Assembly: GCF_029256985.1 (NCBI RefSeq)
Contig: NZ_JARIDQ010000002.1
Coordinates: forward strand, 13 to 64,012
DNA length: 64,000 bases
Source of the DNA: Otariodibacter sp.
Lineage (GTDB): Bacteria > Pseudomonadota > Gammaproteobacteria > Enterobacterales > Pasteurellaceae
Reading direction: 5' to 3'
This document shows, piece after piece, positions 11,516-22,485 of the stretch. The stretch's first letter is position 1, and each line of letters opens with the position of its first letter. The position numbers and the translations under genes were made by a program. The notes under the pieces are model-generated. The model saw only the letters and a program-made list of their open reading frames with translations. It made no database searches and was not told where the DNA came from.

Positions 11516-12529
11516 ATGACTTATTCTCTTATTCGAAAGGCACTATTCTCTCTCGAGCCAGAGCAAGCCCATCTATTTTCTATTCAAGTATTGAAGTATC
11601 TAGGCTATCTCCCTTCTTTCTATCCTCCCCCAGAGAACAAAGTCAATGTAATGGGATTAAATTTTCCAAATCCTATTGGTCTTGCTGCTGGCGCAGATAA
11701 AAATGGTGAAGCCATTGATGGGTTCGCAAAACTAGGATTTGGATTTATTGAAGTTGGGACAGTAACCCCTGTAGCACAAGATGGTAATCCTCGCCCTAGA
11801 CAATTTCGATTACTTGAATCTGAAGGGATTATTAATCGTAATGGATTTAATAATCTTGGTGTTGATGTTTTGATTGAGAATGTTAAGAAATCTAATTATC
11901 GTGGAATTTTAGGGATTAATATAGGTAAAAATGCCACAACCCCTATAGAAAAAAGTATTGATGATTATCAAATCTGCTTTCGTAAAGTCTACCAACATGC
12001 TAGTTATATTACTGTCAATATTTCATCTCCAAATACGAAAAACCTTAGAACATTACAATATGGTGAAGCATTAAATTCGTTATTGAAAACTCTAAAATCA
12101 GAACAAGCTGAATTAGCCAAAAGACAAGGACTTTATAAACCTTTAGTTTTGAAAGTTGCTCCTGATCTTACTTATTCTGAAATAGAATCTATTGCCGAAA
12201 GTCTACTTAGATATAAGGTTGATGGACTTATTGCAGGAAATACAACACTCTCTCGTGATACAGTCACAGGATTAAAACATGCAGATGAGCAAGGCGGATT
12301 AAGCGGAAAACCATTACATAAACTGAGTACCAATTTAATTTTACAATTTCAAAAAAACTTACGAGGACAGATTCCTATCATTGGTAGTGGTGGGATTCAT
12401 TCAGTATCATCAGGTCAAGAAAAAATTAATGCTGGAGCAGATCTTTTACAACTCTACTCTGCAATGATTTATCAAGGTCCTAAACTTATTAAAGAACTTG
12501 CTATACATATCCGCACAAATAAAGATTAA
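11516..12529 (+). CDS. pyrD: Dihydroorotate dehydrogenase (quinone), class 2
   Basis: 337 aa. Motifs GFIEVGTVTP, NISSPNT and IGSGGI are present, together with the N-terminal extension typical of the membrane-associated class. Confidence 0.94.
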   Translation: MTYSLIRKALFSLEPEQAHLFSIQVLKYLGYLPSFYPPPENKVNVMGLNFPNPIGLAAGADKNGEAIDGFAKLGFGFIEVGTVTPVAQDGNPRPRQFRLLESEGIINRNGFNNLGVDVLIENVKKSNYRGILGINIGKNATTPIEKSIDDYQICFRKVYQHASYITVNISSPNTKNLRTLQYGEALNSLLKTLKSEQAELAKRQGLYKPLVLKVAPDLTYSEIESIAESLLRYKVDGLIAGNTTLSRDTVTGLKHADEQGGLSGKPLHKLSTNLILQFQKNLRGQIPIIGSGGIHSVSSGQEKINAGADLLQLYSAMIYQGPKLIKELAIHIRTNKD

Positions 12530-12536
12530 AAAAACA

Positions 12537-12569
12537 ATGGATTGAATTTACCTTTAAAATTCAATCCAT
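12537..12569. terminator. Hairpin terminator between pyrD and dcd (T-run on the dcd side)
   Basis: Perfect 12-bp stem ATGGATTGAATT / AATTCAATCCAT. The minus-strand reading is followed by TTGTTTTTTT. Confidence 0.75.
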
Positions 12570-12600
12570 ATCTAATAAGTTACGCTCAGAATAATTCTAA

Positions 12601-13182
12601 TTAGTCTTGATTTATTCTACTAGATATAGCGCTTTGTTGATTTTTATATTTAGCATCTTTGCGAGTATTATAAGGTCTTTCAGAATTACCACTTAAAATT
12701 TCAAAACTTAATGCACCAATTGCCATATTAGGTCTTAATGCTAGTGGTAATTTCCCTGCATTGAAGAATTCTAATACAATTTTCCCTTCCCAACCCGGAT
12801 CTATTCGGTGTGCTGTAATATGAACCATTAATCCTAAACGAGCCAAAGAAGAACGTCCATCCAACCAACCGACTATATTTGCAGGCAACTTAACCGTTTC
12901 TAATGTTGTTGCTAAAGCTAATTCCCCTGGGTGTAAAAAAAATGCCTCCCCTTCACTAATAATAATTTCTTCACTCATTACACTTTCTAATTGAGCTGTC
13001 ATCTCTTCGCGAGTACCACTTAAATCGATATAAGGCGTTGCATGTTCTCGAAAAACACGAAAAGAATTACCTAAGCGAACATCTATTGTTGCTCCATTAA
13101 TTTTATCATTACTTGGCCGAGGGAATAGGCTAATTAACCCTTTATCTAAATAACGTTCAATATCCGTATCACAAAGACGCAT
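12601..13182 (-). CDS. dcd: dCTP deaminase
   Basis: 193 aa starting [12 protein letters not shown], colinear with enterobacterial Dcd. It lies downstream of udk, as in E. coli. Confidence 0.94.
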   Translation of the reverse strand: MRLCDTDIERYLDKGLISLFPRPSNDKINGATIDVRLGNSFRVFREHATPYIDLSGTREEMTAQLESVMSEEIIISEGEAFFLHPGELALATTLETVKLPANIVGWLDGRSSLARLGLMVHITAHRIDPGWEGKIVLEFFNAGKLPLALRPNMAIGALSFEILSGNSERPYNTRKDAKYKNQQSAISSRINQD

Positions 13183-13189
13183 ATTTTTC

Positions 13190-13846
13190 CTACTTATTAT
13201 GTTTAAATAATTGTTTTATTTGTGCTTTTAAAATGTTAATTGCAATACGATTTTTTCCACCTTTAGGTACGATAATATCAGCATATTGTTTAGATGGTTC
13301 AACAAATTGCAAAAACATTGGGCGGACTGTTTTACTATACTGTGTCACAACTGATTCAAGTGTACGTCCACGCTCCTGCATATCTCGATTTAGCCGACGA
13401 ATAAAACAAATATCAAGTGGTGCATCAACAAAAATTGAGACATCAATTTCATTCCTAATATTTTCATCTGTTAGTAATAAGATTCCTTCCAAAATAATAA
13501 CTCTCCTAGGGGAAAAATGGATTACACTCTGTTTACGATTATGTTGCGTATAATCATATTCTGGAATGTTAACAGGCTCTCCTTTTTTTAGAGTTTTTAG
13601 ATGCGAGACAAGCAAAGCATGATCCATAGAGCTTGGATGGTCATAATTTGTCTTTACTCTTTCTTCCATAGCCAAATGGCTTTGATCTCTGTAGTAAGAA
13701 TCCTCCGAAATAATCCCTATCTCATCCTTTCCAAGTTCTTCTTTCAACTCTTTATAGATAGTTGAAGCAATCAAGCTTTTACCTGAAGCAGATGCTCCTG
13801 CAATAGCAATAACAATACAAGTTTCACTCTCACTTGAATGTAACAT
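13190..13846 (-). CDS. udk: Uridine/cytidine kinase
   Basis: 218 aa with Walker A GASASGKS and the Udk family pattern. Confidence 0.93.
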   Translation of the reverse strand: MLHSSESETCIVIAIAGASASGKSLIASTIYKELKEELGKDEIGIISEDSYYRDQSHLAMEERVKTNYDHPSSMDHALLVSHLKTLKKGEPVNIPEYDYTQHNRKQSVIHFSPRRVIILEGILLLTDENIRNEIDVSIFVDAPLDICFIRRLNRDMQERGRTLESVVTQYSKTVRPMFLQFVEPSKQYADIIVPKGGKNRIAINILKAQIKQLFKHNK

Positions 13847-14196
13847 AAATAATTCCTTAGACAGACGAAATAAATTTTCTTAATTATACAATAAAATCTA
13901 CTTAAAACCGATTCAAAATTCAGTAGTATGCTTTCATTTATAAATCAAATTAGTATCAATTATCTAAAAATAAAATATCTCTTCTTAAAACTTCATAAAA
14001 ATGTTATAAAAATGTAAAAAATAAGACTTGTGTCACAGTTTTACTCGACAAGAATAGGCATAATATATTCACCATATGTGAAGTTAGGAAACTATTAAGA
14101 TTTATCCTAACGATTTATATTTTTTATTGTTCTTAAGCATATATAATGACAATAAAATTATTTGTAAATAAACTACTTAATAAGGTTAGGTCCTAT

Positions 14197-17004
14197 ATGC
14201 AACATAAAACTTTTGATGAATTACTTGCTTCCACGGCATTAGGAGGAGCGAATCAATCTTATGTTGAAGAAATCTACGAGCAATATCTTGAAGATCCAAA
14301 AAGTGTTGATAAAAGTTGGCAACAAATCTTTTCTCAATTACCGAATACTACTGTTCAAGAACAATCCCATTCTATCGTAAGAGATTACTTTCGTCGTTTA
14401 GCTAAAGAAAATCATTCTCAATCCGTTACTGTCATAGATCCGAAAGCTAGTGCAAAATTGGTTAAAATTTTACAATTTATTAATGCTTATCGCTTTCGTG
14501 GACATTTGGAGGCAAACTTAGACCCTTTAAATTACTATCGTTGGAAAACATCTCAAGTACCTGAGTTAGATTACCACTATCATGGTTTTACTGATACAGA
14601 TTTAGATGAAACTTTCAATATTGGTCGCTATGTCTACAATAAAGAAACAATAAAATTAAGAGAGTTAGCTGATGCTCTTAGGGAAACCTATTGTGGAAGC
14701 ATTGGACTTGAATTTATGCATGTTCAAGATATGGAGCAAAAAAATTGGCTTCAAGCTAAAATGGAAAGTGTATTAAATAAACCACTTTTTTCACATGAAG
14801 AAAAAATAACTTTATTAAAAGAACTCACCGCAGCTGATGGGCTTGAACGCTATTTAGGTGCTAAGTTCCCGGGTGCTAAGCGATTTTCTCTTGAGGGAAG
14901 TGATGCCTTCATTCCGATGATGAAAGAAATTGTTCGCCATGCAGGTAAACAAGGTATTACTGATGTTGTAATGGGAATGGCTCACCGTGGCCGTTTGAAC
15001 CTATTAGTCAATCTTTTAGGTAAAAAACCGATAGAATTATTTGATGAATTTGCAGGTAAACACGCGAATATAAATCGTACAGGTGACGTAAAATATCATC
15101 AAGGCTTCTCCTCTGATTTTGCTGTAGGTGATCAACTTGTACACTTAGCTTTATCATTTAATCCATCTCATTTGGAAATAGTTAACCCCGTTGTTATCGG
15201 TTCTGTTCGTGCTCGGCAAACAAGAAGCCTTGATAACAATCGTGATCATGTATTAGCAGTAACCGTTCATGGAGATTCTGCTGTTGCAGGGCAAGGGGTA
15301 GTACAAGAAACTTTAAATATGGCAAATACTCGTGGTTATACAGTTGGCGGAACAATCCGAATTGTCATCAACAACCAAATTGGCTTTACTACATCTAATC
15401 CTACTGATACTCGATCCACAGAGTACTGTACAGATATTGCTAAGATGATTCAAGCACCAATTATTCATGTAAATGGTGATGATCCCGAGGCTGTTGCATT
15501 TACTGCACGTATGGCAGTGGAATACCGCAATCTATTCAAGCGCGATATTTTTATTGATCTTATTTCTTATCGTCGTCATGGTCATAATGAAGCAGATGAA
15601 CCTTTAGCAACTCAACCCATGATGTATAGTATTATCAAAAAGCATCCAACACCACGTAGAGTCTATGCCGAACGTTTGATTACCGAAGGTGTTATTACCG
15701 CTGATGAAGAAACAGAAATGGTCAATCTTTATCGTGATGCTCTTGATAATGGAGATCGTGTTGTGCCTGAATGGCGAGAAATGAATACGGCTAAATTAGA
15801 TTGGTTAAAATACCTTAATTCAGATTGGACTGATCCTTATGAAAGCAAATTTCCACAAGACAGATTTCTAACATTAGCTAAGCGAGTTTGTGAATATCCT
15901 GAAGCTATTATTCCACACCCTAGAGTTAAAAAAATTTATAACGATAGACGAGAAATGATAGAAGGTAATAAATTACTTGACTGGGGTATGGCAGAAACAA
16001 TGGCTTATGCTACTCTACTTGATGATGGTGTCCATGTAAGAATTTCTGGTGAAGATGCAGGACGTGGAACATTTTTCCATCGTCATGCTGTTGTTCATAA
16101 TCAAACTGATGGTACAGGTTATGTTCCACTTACTCAATTACACCCTAATCAAGGTCGTTTTGAAGTATGGGATTCTGTTTTATCTGAAGAAGCTGTACTC
16201 GCATTTGAATATGGCTATGCAACTACAGATCCAAAAACACTTACTATTTGGGAAGCGCAATTTGGTGACTTCGCTAATGGTGCACAAATTGTTATTGATC
16301 AATTTATTAGTTCGGGCGAACAAAAATGGGGAAGAATGTGCGGACTAGTTATGTTACTTCCACATGGATACGAAGGACAAGGTCCTGAACACTCATCTGC
16401 ACGTTTAGAGCGTTATTTGCAACTTTGTGCCGAACAAAATATGCAGGTTTGTGTACCGTCTACACCAGCACAAGTTTATCATATGTTACGTCGCCAAGCT
16501 ATCCGTAAAGTCCGTCGACCACTTATTGCAATTTCACCTAAATCACTCTTACGTCATCCTCTTGCTGTTTCATCACTAGATGAATTAATTAATGGTCATT
16601 TCCAAAATGTGATTGGGGAACTAGATGGTTTAGACCCGAAAAAAGTAAAACGTGTTGTAATGTGTTCAGGAAAAGTCTACTACGATTTATTAGAACAACG
16701 TAGAGCCAATGAACAACAAGATGTAGCGATCATTCGTATTGAACAACTTTACCCTTATCCTCACGACGAGATAAAAGCTATTTTAGCAAACTATCAGCAT
16801 GTTACTGATTTTGTATGGTGCCAAGAAGAGCCTCAAAACCAAGGTGCATGGTATTGTAGTAAACATAATTTTGAAGCATCAATTCCTGAACATGCTAAAC
16901 TTAAATATGCAGGGAGAGAAGCCTCAGCATCACCCGCTGTTGGTTATATGTCACTACATACAAAACAGCAAAAACAACTAGTTGCAGATGCACTAACTCT
17001 ATAA
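14197..17004 (+). CDS. sucA: 2-oxoglutarate dehydrogenase E1 component
   Basis: I set the start at ATG 14197 because MQHKTFDELLASTALGGANQSYVEEIYEQYLEDP aligns with the E. coli SucA N-terminus. The listed start at 14146 adds 17 non-conserved residues. Confidence 0.95.
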   Translation: MQHKTFDELLASTALGGANQSYVEEIYEQYLEDPKSVDKSWQQIFSQLPNTTVQEQSHSIVRDYFRRLAKENHSQSVTVIDPKASAKLVKILQFINAYRFRGHLEANLDPLNYYRWKTSQVPELDYHYHGFTDTDLDETFNIGRYVYNKETIKLRELADALRETYCGSIGLEFMHVQDMEQKNWLQAKMESVLNKPLFSHEEKITLLKELTAADGLERYLGAKFPGAKRFSLEGSDAFIPMMKEIVRHAGKQGITDVVMGMAHRGRLNLLVNLLGKKPIELFDEFAGKHANINRTGDVKYHQGFSSDFAVGDQLVHLALSFNPSHLEIVNPVVIGSVRARQTRSLDNNRDHVLAVTVHGDSAVAGQGVVQETLNMANTRGYTVGGTIRIVINNQIGFTTSNPTDTRSTEYCTDIAKMIQAPIIHVNGDDPEAVAFTARMAVEYRNLFKRDIFIDLISYRRHGHNEADEPLATQPMMYSIIKKHPTPRRVYAERLITEGVITADEETEMVNLYRDALDNGDRVVPEWREMNTAKLDWLKYLNSDWTDPYESKFPQDRFLTLAKRVCEYPEAIIPHPRVKKIYNDRREMIEGNKLLDWGMAETMAYATLLDDGVHVRISGEDAGRGTFFHRHAVVHNQTDGTGYVPLTQLHPNQGRFEVWDSVLSEEAVLAFEYGYATTDPKTLTIWEAQFGDFANGAQIVIDQFISSGEQKWGRMCGLVMLLPHGYEGQGPEHSSARLERYLQLCAEQNMQVCVPSTPAQVYHMLRRQAIRKVRRPLIAISPKSLLRHPLAVSSLDELINGHFQNVIGELDGLDPKKVKRVVMCSGKVYYDLLEQRRANEQQDVAIIRIEQLYPYPHDEIKAILANYQHVTDFVWCQEEPQNQGAWYCSKHNFEASIPEHAKLKYAGREASASPAVGYMSLHTKQQKQLVADALTL

Positions 17005-17070
17005 TTACAAGCGGCCAGATTATTACTATTTTTTGTAAAATCTGACTGAAATTTAAGAAGGAAACAAAAA

Positions 17071-18291
17071 ATGACTATTGAAATTCTTGTCCCAGATCTT
17101 CCAGAATCTGTAGCCGATGCAACTGTTGCAACTTGGCACAAAAAAGTAGGTGATCCTATTAAACGAGACGATGTTATCGTTGAAATTGAAACAGATAAAG
17201 TAGTGCTAGAAGTGCCTGCAATGAGTGACGGTATACTTACAGAAATTCAACAAGAAACTGGAGCAACAGTAAAAAGTAAGCAAGTGTTAGGAATTCTATC
17301 TATTGCCCAAGCTGGAGATTTTAGTAAAGAGATATTAACTCCAGTAAATCAAGCAACACCAGCAGATCGTCAAACAGCATCTTTAGAGCCGGATAATAGT
17401 GCTGCAGATGCGGTTGGTCCAAGTGTGAGACGTTTACTTGCAGAACATGATCTTTCAGTAGATGAAGTTCAAGGCACTGGTGTAGGTGGTAGAGTTACTC
17501 GTGAAGATGTAGAACAAGCTATTACTAAACGTGCAAATAAACAAGTTGCAGAGAAAGCAGAAAATACAATTAGTACAGTTGCTTATTCAGCACGTAGTGA
17601 AAAACGCGTACCAATGACGAGATTACGTAAACGTGTTGCTGAACGCTTGCTCGAAGCTAAAAATACAACGGCTATGTTAACCACATTCAATGAAATCGAT
17701 ATGAAACCGATTATGACATTGCGTAAGCAATATGGTGAGAAATTTGAAAAACAACATAACGTACGTCTTGGGTTTATGTCTTTCTATATTAAAGCAGTAG
17801 TCGAAGCTTTAAAACGTTATCCAGAAGTCAATGCATCTATTGATGGTGAAGATATCATTTATCACAACTATTTTGATATTAGTATTGCTGTTTCTACACC
17901 AAGAGGACTTGTTACACCAGTATTAAGAGATTGTGACAAATTAAGCATGGCTGATATCGAAAAACAAATTAAAGCATTGGCTGAAAAAGGCCGTGATGGG
18001 AAATTAACTGTAGAAGATCTTACTGGCGGAAATTTCACTATCACTAATGGTGGTGTATTTGGATCATTGATGTCAACACCAATTATTAACCCTCCTCAAA
18101 GTGCAATTTTAGGTATGCATGCAATTAAGGATCGTCCAGTTGCTATTGATGATCAGGTAGTTATTCGTCCAATGATGTACTTAGCATTAAGCTACGATCA
18201 CAGATTAATTGATGGTCGTGAATCAGTTGGATTCCTTGTAACAATCAAAGAGTTACTTGAAGATCCAACACGATTATTACTAGAAATTTAA
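17071..18291 (+). CDS. sucB: Dihydrolipoyllysine-residue succinyltransferase (E2o)
   Basis: 406 aa. It has one lipoyl domain ([12 protein letters not shown]), a peripheral-subunit-binding segment and the catalytic SYDHRLIDG. Confidence 0.96.
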   Translation: MTIEILVPDLPESVADATVATWHKKVGDPIKRDDVIVEIETDKVVLEVPAMSDGILTEIQQETGATVKSKQVLGILSIAQAGDFSKEILTPVNQATPADRQTASLEPDNSAADAVGPSVRRLLAEHDLSVDEVQGTGVGGRVTREDVEQAITKRANKQVAEKAENTISTVAYSARSEKRVPMTRLRKRVAERLLEAKNTTAMLTTFNEIDMKPIMTLRKQYGEKFEKQHNVRLGFMSFYIKAVVEALKRYPEVNASIDGEDIIYHNYFDISIAVSTPRGLVTPVLRDCDKLSMADIEKQIKALAEKGRDGKLTVEDLTGGNFTITNGGVFGSLMSTPIINPPQSAILGMHAIKDRPVAIDDQVVIRPMMYLALSYDHRLIDGRESVGFLVTIKELLEDPTRLLLEI

Positions 18292-18386
18292 TTACAAAGG
18301 AGCTTGTAAGTTTACCTACTCTTAGCTCCTAATATAAAACTTATTAGATCTAACTAGCTGAATAATATACAAGAGGAATCTTATTT

Positions 18387-19553
18387 ATGAATTTACACGA
18401 ATATCAAGCTAAGCAAATTTTTGCTGAATATAATCTACCTGTAAGTAAGGGTTATACGTGTAAAAATGCTGATGAAGCGGCAGAAGCGATCAAAAAATTA
18501 GGTGGAAACCTTTGGGTAGCTAAATGCCAAGTTCATGCAGGAGGACGTGGCAAAGCTGGTGGCGTAAAACTCGTTCATAATGAAGATGAAGTTCGCAGTT
18601 TTACTGAACAGTGGTTAGGTAAACGTCTTGTAACTTTCCAAACGGATACTCAAGGGCAACCCGTTAATCAAATTTACATAGAGGAAGGTTTAAATATTGC
18701 TAAAGAACTTTATTTAGGTGCAGTGATTGATCGTACGTCTCAACGTGTTGTATTTATGGTATCAACGGAAGGCGGTGTTAATATTGAAGAAGTTGCAGAA
18801 AAAACGCCTGAATTATTACATAAAGTTGCCATTGATCCATCAGTGGGCGGAATGCCTTACCAAGCAAGAGAACTTGCTTTTAAACTTGGATTAAAAGGTA
18901 ATCAAATCAAACAATTTACCCATATTTTCACTCAAATGTCGAAAATGTTTGTAGATAAAGATCTTGCTCTACTAGAAGTAAATCCTCTTGTTATCACTAA
19001 AGAAGATGATTTACTTTGTTTAGATGCAAAAATAGTTATTGATAATAATGCTCTTTACCGCCACCCAGAATTAATAGCAATGCAAGATCCAAGTCAGGAA
19101 GATCCTCGTGAGGCTTTAGCTGAATCACACCAATTAAATTACGTAGCATTAGATGGCAATATTGGTTGTATGGTAAATGGTGCTGGTCTTGCAATGGGCA
19201 CAATGGATATAGTAAAACTACATGGTGGAATGCCGGCTAACTTCCTAGATGTTGGAGGTGGAGCAACAAAAGAACGTGTTGCCGAAGCATTTAAAATTAT
19301 CTTATCTGATAAAACTGTAAAATCTGTACTTGTAAATATCTTTGGAGGCATTGTTCGCTGTGATTTAATTGCGGATGGTGTTATTGCAGCCGTTAATGAA
19401 GTAGGGGTAAGCATTCCTGTTGTTGTAAGACTAGAAGGTAATAATGCAGAGTTAGGTAGAGAAATTCTAGCTAACAGTGGGCTAAATATTATTGCGGCGA
19501 AAACATTAACTGATGCAGCTATCCAAGCTGTAAAAGCAGCGGAGGAAAAATAA
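18387..19553 (+). CDS. sucC: Succinyl-CoA ligase beta subunit
   Basis: 388 aa starting [12 protein letters not shown], with an ATP-grasp fold pattern. Confidence 0.96.
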   Translation: MNLHEYQAKQIFAEYNLPVSKGYTCKNADEAAEAIKKLGGNLWVAKCQVHAGGRGKAGGVKLVHNEDEVRSFTEQWLGKRLVTFQTDTQGQPVNQIYIEEGLNIAKELYLGAVIDRTSQRVVFMVSTEGGVNIEEVAEKTPELLHKVAIDPSVGGMPYQARELAFKLGLKGNQIKQFTHIFTQMSKMFVDKDLALLEVNPLVITKEDDLLCLDAKIVIDNNALYRHPELIAMQDPSQEDPREALAESHQLNYVALDGNIGCMVNGAGLAMGTMDIVKLHGGMPANFLDVGGGATKERVAEAFKIILSDKTVKSVLVNIFGGIVRCDLIADGVIAAVNEVGVSIPVVVRLEGNNAELGREILANSGLNIIAAKTLTDAAIQAVKAAEEK

Positions 19554-20422
19554 TGGCTATTTTAATTAACAAAGATACTAAAGTAATATGCCAAGGTTTC
19601 ACTGGTGGACAAGGCACCTTCCATTCACAACAAGCGATTGATTATGGCACACAATTAGTTGGTGGAGTTTCACCAGGTAAAGGTGGAACAACACATTTAG
19701 GATTACCTGTTTTCAATACAGTAAGAGAAGCTGTTGAATCAACGGGTGCAACAGCAACTGTTATTTATGTCCCCGCTCCTGGCTGTAAGGATGCTATTTT
19801 AGAAGCAATTGATGCAGGGATCCAATTAATTATTTGTATCACCGAAGGTATTCCAACTCTTGATATGCTTCAAGTTAAAGAGAAATTAAATACTACTGGA
19901 GTACGAATGATTGGACCTAACTGCCCGGGTGTGATTACCCCTGACGAATGTAAAATCGGTATTATGCCAGGTCACATTCACAGAAAAGGTAAGATTGGTA
20001 TTGTATCTCGTTCAGGTACACTAACTTATGAAGCTGTAAAACAAACAACAGATGAAGGATTTGGTCAGTCATCTTGCGTGGGTATTGGTGGCGATCCTAT
20101 TCCTGGATCAAGTTTCATTGATATTCTAAGATTATTCCAAGAAGATCCAGAAACAGAAGCAATTGTAATGATTGGTGAAATTGGTGGAAGTGCAGAAGAG
20201 GAAGCTGCAGCCTTTATCAAAAATAATGTGACTAAACCAGTTGTTAGTTATATTGCTGGAGTTACCGCGCCTAAAGGTAAACGTATGGGGCATGCTGGTG
20301 CAATTATTAGTGGTGGGAAAGGTACTGCTGATGAAAAATTTGCAGCACTTGAATCTGCTGGAGTTAAAACAGTTAGAAGTTTAGCCGATATTGGATCAGC
20401 TTTACGTGAACTTCTTTCATAG
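19553..20422 (+). CDS. sucD: Succinyl-CoA ligase alpha subunit
   Basis: 289 aa with SRSGTLTYE and the phosphohistidine loop MGHAGAII. Its ATG overlaps the sucC TAA (TAATG). Confidence 0.96.
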   Translation: MAILINKDTKVICQGFTGGQGTFHSQQAIDYGTQLVGGVSPGKGGTTHLGLPVFNTVREAVESTGATATVIYVPAPGCKDAILEAIDAGIQLIICITEGIPTLDMLQVKEKLNTTGVRMIGPNCPGVITPDECKIGIMPGHIHRKGKIGIVSRSGTLTYEAVKQTTDEGFGQSSCVGIGGDPIPGSSFIDILRLFQEDPETEAIVMIGEIGGSAEEEAAAFIKNNVTKPVVSYIAGVTAPKGKRMGHAGAIISGGKGTADEKFAALESAGVKTVRSLADIGSALRELLS

Positions 20423-20527
20423 AGATGTATTAAAATAAAAAATTGTAAATAAAATCTAGTCAGATGAGTTGAAGTTAGGCTTTTGGAATCCAATTAAAAA
20501 TAACTAAGACCTATATTTTGTCTATTC

Positions 20528-20574
20528 GGCATAGAAAATAAAAATTTCCCTTCTTTTGTTTTCTATGCCTTTTG
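20528..20574 (+). terminator. suc operon terminator
   Basis: Perfect 11-bp stem GGCATAGAAAA / TTTTCTATGCC with a 20-nt loop, followed by TTTTG. Confidence 0.7.
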
Positions 20575-20653
20575 TCCATTATACCAATTAAACTCAAAAT
20601 ATATCTGGTAGATCCTCTACTTAAAAGTAAGATATCAAATTGAGTTAAATCTT

Positions 20654-21346
20654 TTATACTTTATGTGGTAACTTTTTCCAAGTAACCTCATTTCTCAAAT
20701 AGATCGGTTCAATTTCTAATGCCGATTTAACCGAGCCTTTTTCTAGCGCTTGCTCAGCTAAACTCAGCATAAATTGTGCAGAAGGTAAAGTAATATCTGT
20801 AATCACAAGTGGCAGGTTTTCTGCTTTAAATTGCGAATATGCAGCCCATCCAGTACCAACAACTACGGCATTGCGGTCTAATTGCATTTTTTCGATCGCT
20901 TTCTCTGGCGAACAAACTTGTTCGGCAACTAATTCACTCCACTCTCCCTCATCATTACGGCTAAATTGGGCAAAGTAGACTTCATTCATTCTGGCATCGA
21001 TTAATGCAATCACTTCAGTTTTATTTAGTCGCTGATAAGCTTCTTCTGCCATCATCAACAAATTAGAAACGGGAATAACAGGTAGTTCTGCTCCTAAAGC
21101 AAGTCCTTGAGTAACTCCCACTCCAACTCGGACACCAGTAAAACTTCCTGGTCCTCGCCCAAAAGCCAAAGCTTCGATCTCCTTCAATGAAATTTCTGCT
21201 TGTTGCAATAATTCATCTACCATAGGTAGAATACGTTGAGTATGTGTTCTTGGACTTAACTCATTTAATACTATTTGACGATTATTATAGTTGAGAGCAA
21301 CCGAACAAGCTTCTGTTGCCGTATCTATAGCTAAAATTGTTTTCAT
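20654..21346 (-). CDS. tsaB: tRNA N6-threonylcarbamoyladenosine biosynthesis protein TsaB (YeaZ)
   Basis: 230 aa with ILAIDTATEACSVAL and GRGPGSFTGVRVG motifs. Confidence 0.9.
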   Translation of the reverse strand: MKTILAIDTATEACSVALNYNNRQIVLNELSPRTHTQRILPMVDELLQQAEISLKEIEALAFGRGPGSFTGVRVGVGVTQGLALGAELPVIPVSNLLMMAEEAYQRLNKTEVIALIDARMNEVYFAQFSRNDEGEWSELVAEQVCSPEKAIEKMQLDRNAVVVGTGWAAYSQFKAENLPLVITDITLPSAQFMLSLAEQALEKGSVKSALEIEPIYLRNEVTWKKLPHKV

Positions 21347-21360
21347 ATTTTATTATCTAA

Positions 21361-22428
21361 TTATTTAAATTTACGACGTTGCTCTACTGCATCAGCTAAT
21401 TTGAATAAGACTTCTTCACTATCTTGCCAACTAATACAAGCATCAGTAATACTTTGCCCATACGTTAAAGCCTTTCCATCCACTAAATCTTGGCGACCTT
21501 CAATTAAGTGGCTTTCAATCATTACCCCTGAAATAGAAAAAGATCCCGATGAAATTTGTTCACAAACTGAATCATTCACTAGTAATTGGCGTTTATACTG
21601 TTTTTGACTATTGGCATGACTATAATCAACCATTACATGCGGACGACGACCTGATTTTTCGATTGCTAAGCATGCCTTTTTCACTGACTCTGCATCATAA
21701 TTTGTTCCATTCTCGCCACCTCGAAGAATAATGTGACAATCTGGATTACCATCAGTCGAAACAATAGCAGAATGTCCAAATTTGGTTACAGATAAGAAGT
21801 GATGAGGAGCTTCAGCAGCACCAATAGCATCAATAGCTATTTTTACACTACCATTTGTTGCATTTTTAAATCCAACTGGGCAAGATAAACCAGAAGCAAG
21901 TTCTCTATGAACCTGTGATTCAGTCGTTCTCGCACCTATTGCGCCCCAACTCATAAAATCAGCAACATATTGTGGAGTAATCATATCTAGAAACTCACCA
22001 GCTGCTGGTACAGTAAGATTATTAATATCAGATAATAATTTTCGTGCAATCTTTAATCCATCATTTAATGAAAAAGTTTCATTCAAGTATGGATCATTAA
22101 TTAATCCTTTCCAACCGACTGTCGTTCTTGGTTTTTCAAAATAAACTCTCATAACAACTTCTAAATTTTTCCTAATTTTTGGGTTGTTACGTACCATTCT
22201 AATTTTTTTAGCATATTCAATCGCAATCTCTGAATCGTGAATTGAGCAAGGACCAATAATGACTAATAATCTATCATCTTCCCCATGTAAAATTTTTTGT
22301 ATCGATCTCCGAGTGTTAGCAACTGTTTCTACAGCAATATCACTTGCGGGGAAAAGTTCTAATAGTGCAACTGGAGGTAATAATTCCTCAATATTATTAA
22401 TTCTTATATCATCATTTTTATATATCAT
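21361..22428 (-). CDS. aroG: 3-deoxy-7-phosphoheptulonate (DAHP) synthase, class I, AroG-like
   Basis: MIYKNDDIRINNIEELLPPVALLELFPAS aligns with the E. coli AroG N-terminus (MNYQNDDLRIKEIKELLPPVALLEKFPAT) and not with AroF or AroH. I chose the third codon (ATG 22428) of the listed ORF as the start. Feedback specificity is not provable from sequence. Confidence 0.88.
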   Translation of the reverse strand: MIYKNDDIRINNIEELLPPVALLELFPASDIAVETVANTRRSIQKILHGEDDRLLVIIGPCSIHDSEIAIEYAKKIRMVRNNPKIRKNLEVVMRVYFEKPRTTVGWKGLINDPYLNETFSLNDGLKIARKLLSDINNLTVPAAGEFLDMITPQYVADFMSWGAIGARTTESQVHRELASGLSCPVGFKNATNGSVKIAIDAIGAAEAPHHFLSVTKFGHSAIVSTDGNPDCHIILRGGENGTNYDAESVKKACLAIEKSGRRPHVMVDYSHANSQKQYKRQLLVNDSVCEQISSGSFSISGVMIESHLIEGRQDLVDGKALTYGQSITDACISWQDSEEVLFKLADAVEQRRKFK

Positions 22429-22485
22429 GCACATTCCTTAAAAATTTTATTTCCTTAAATACTGGTAATTTACCAAATTATCTAT

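Noticed and set aside
11371-11700. 109-aa ORF bridging the prs 3' end, the prs terminator and the pyrD 5' end
   Set aside because: It overlaps two confident genes out of frame and spans an intrinsic terminator, so it is not credible as a coding sequence.
14146-14196. N-terminal extensions in the ORF track: sucA 14146, aceE 48250, ribD 31125, NhaC-family gene 57036, ispE 9591, tyrP 60523 and aroG 22434
   Set aside because: In each case an internal ATG reproduces the conserved N-terminus of the family, and the extension is non-conserved or overlaps an upstream gene or RNA element. The start choices remain predictions.
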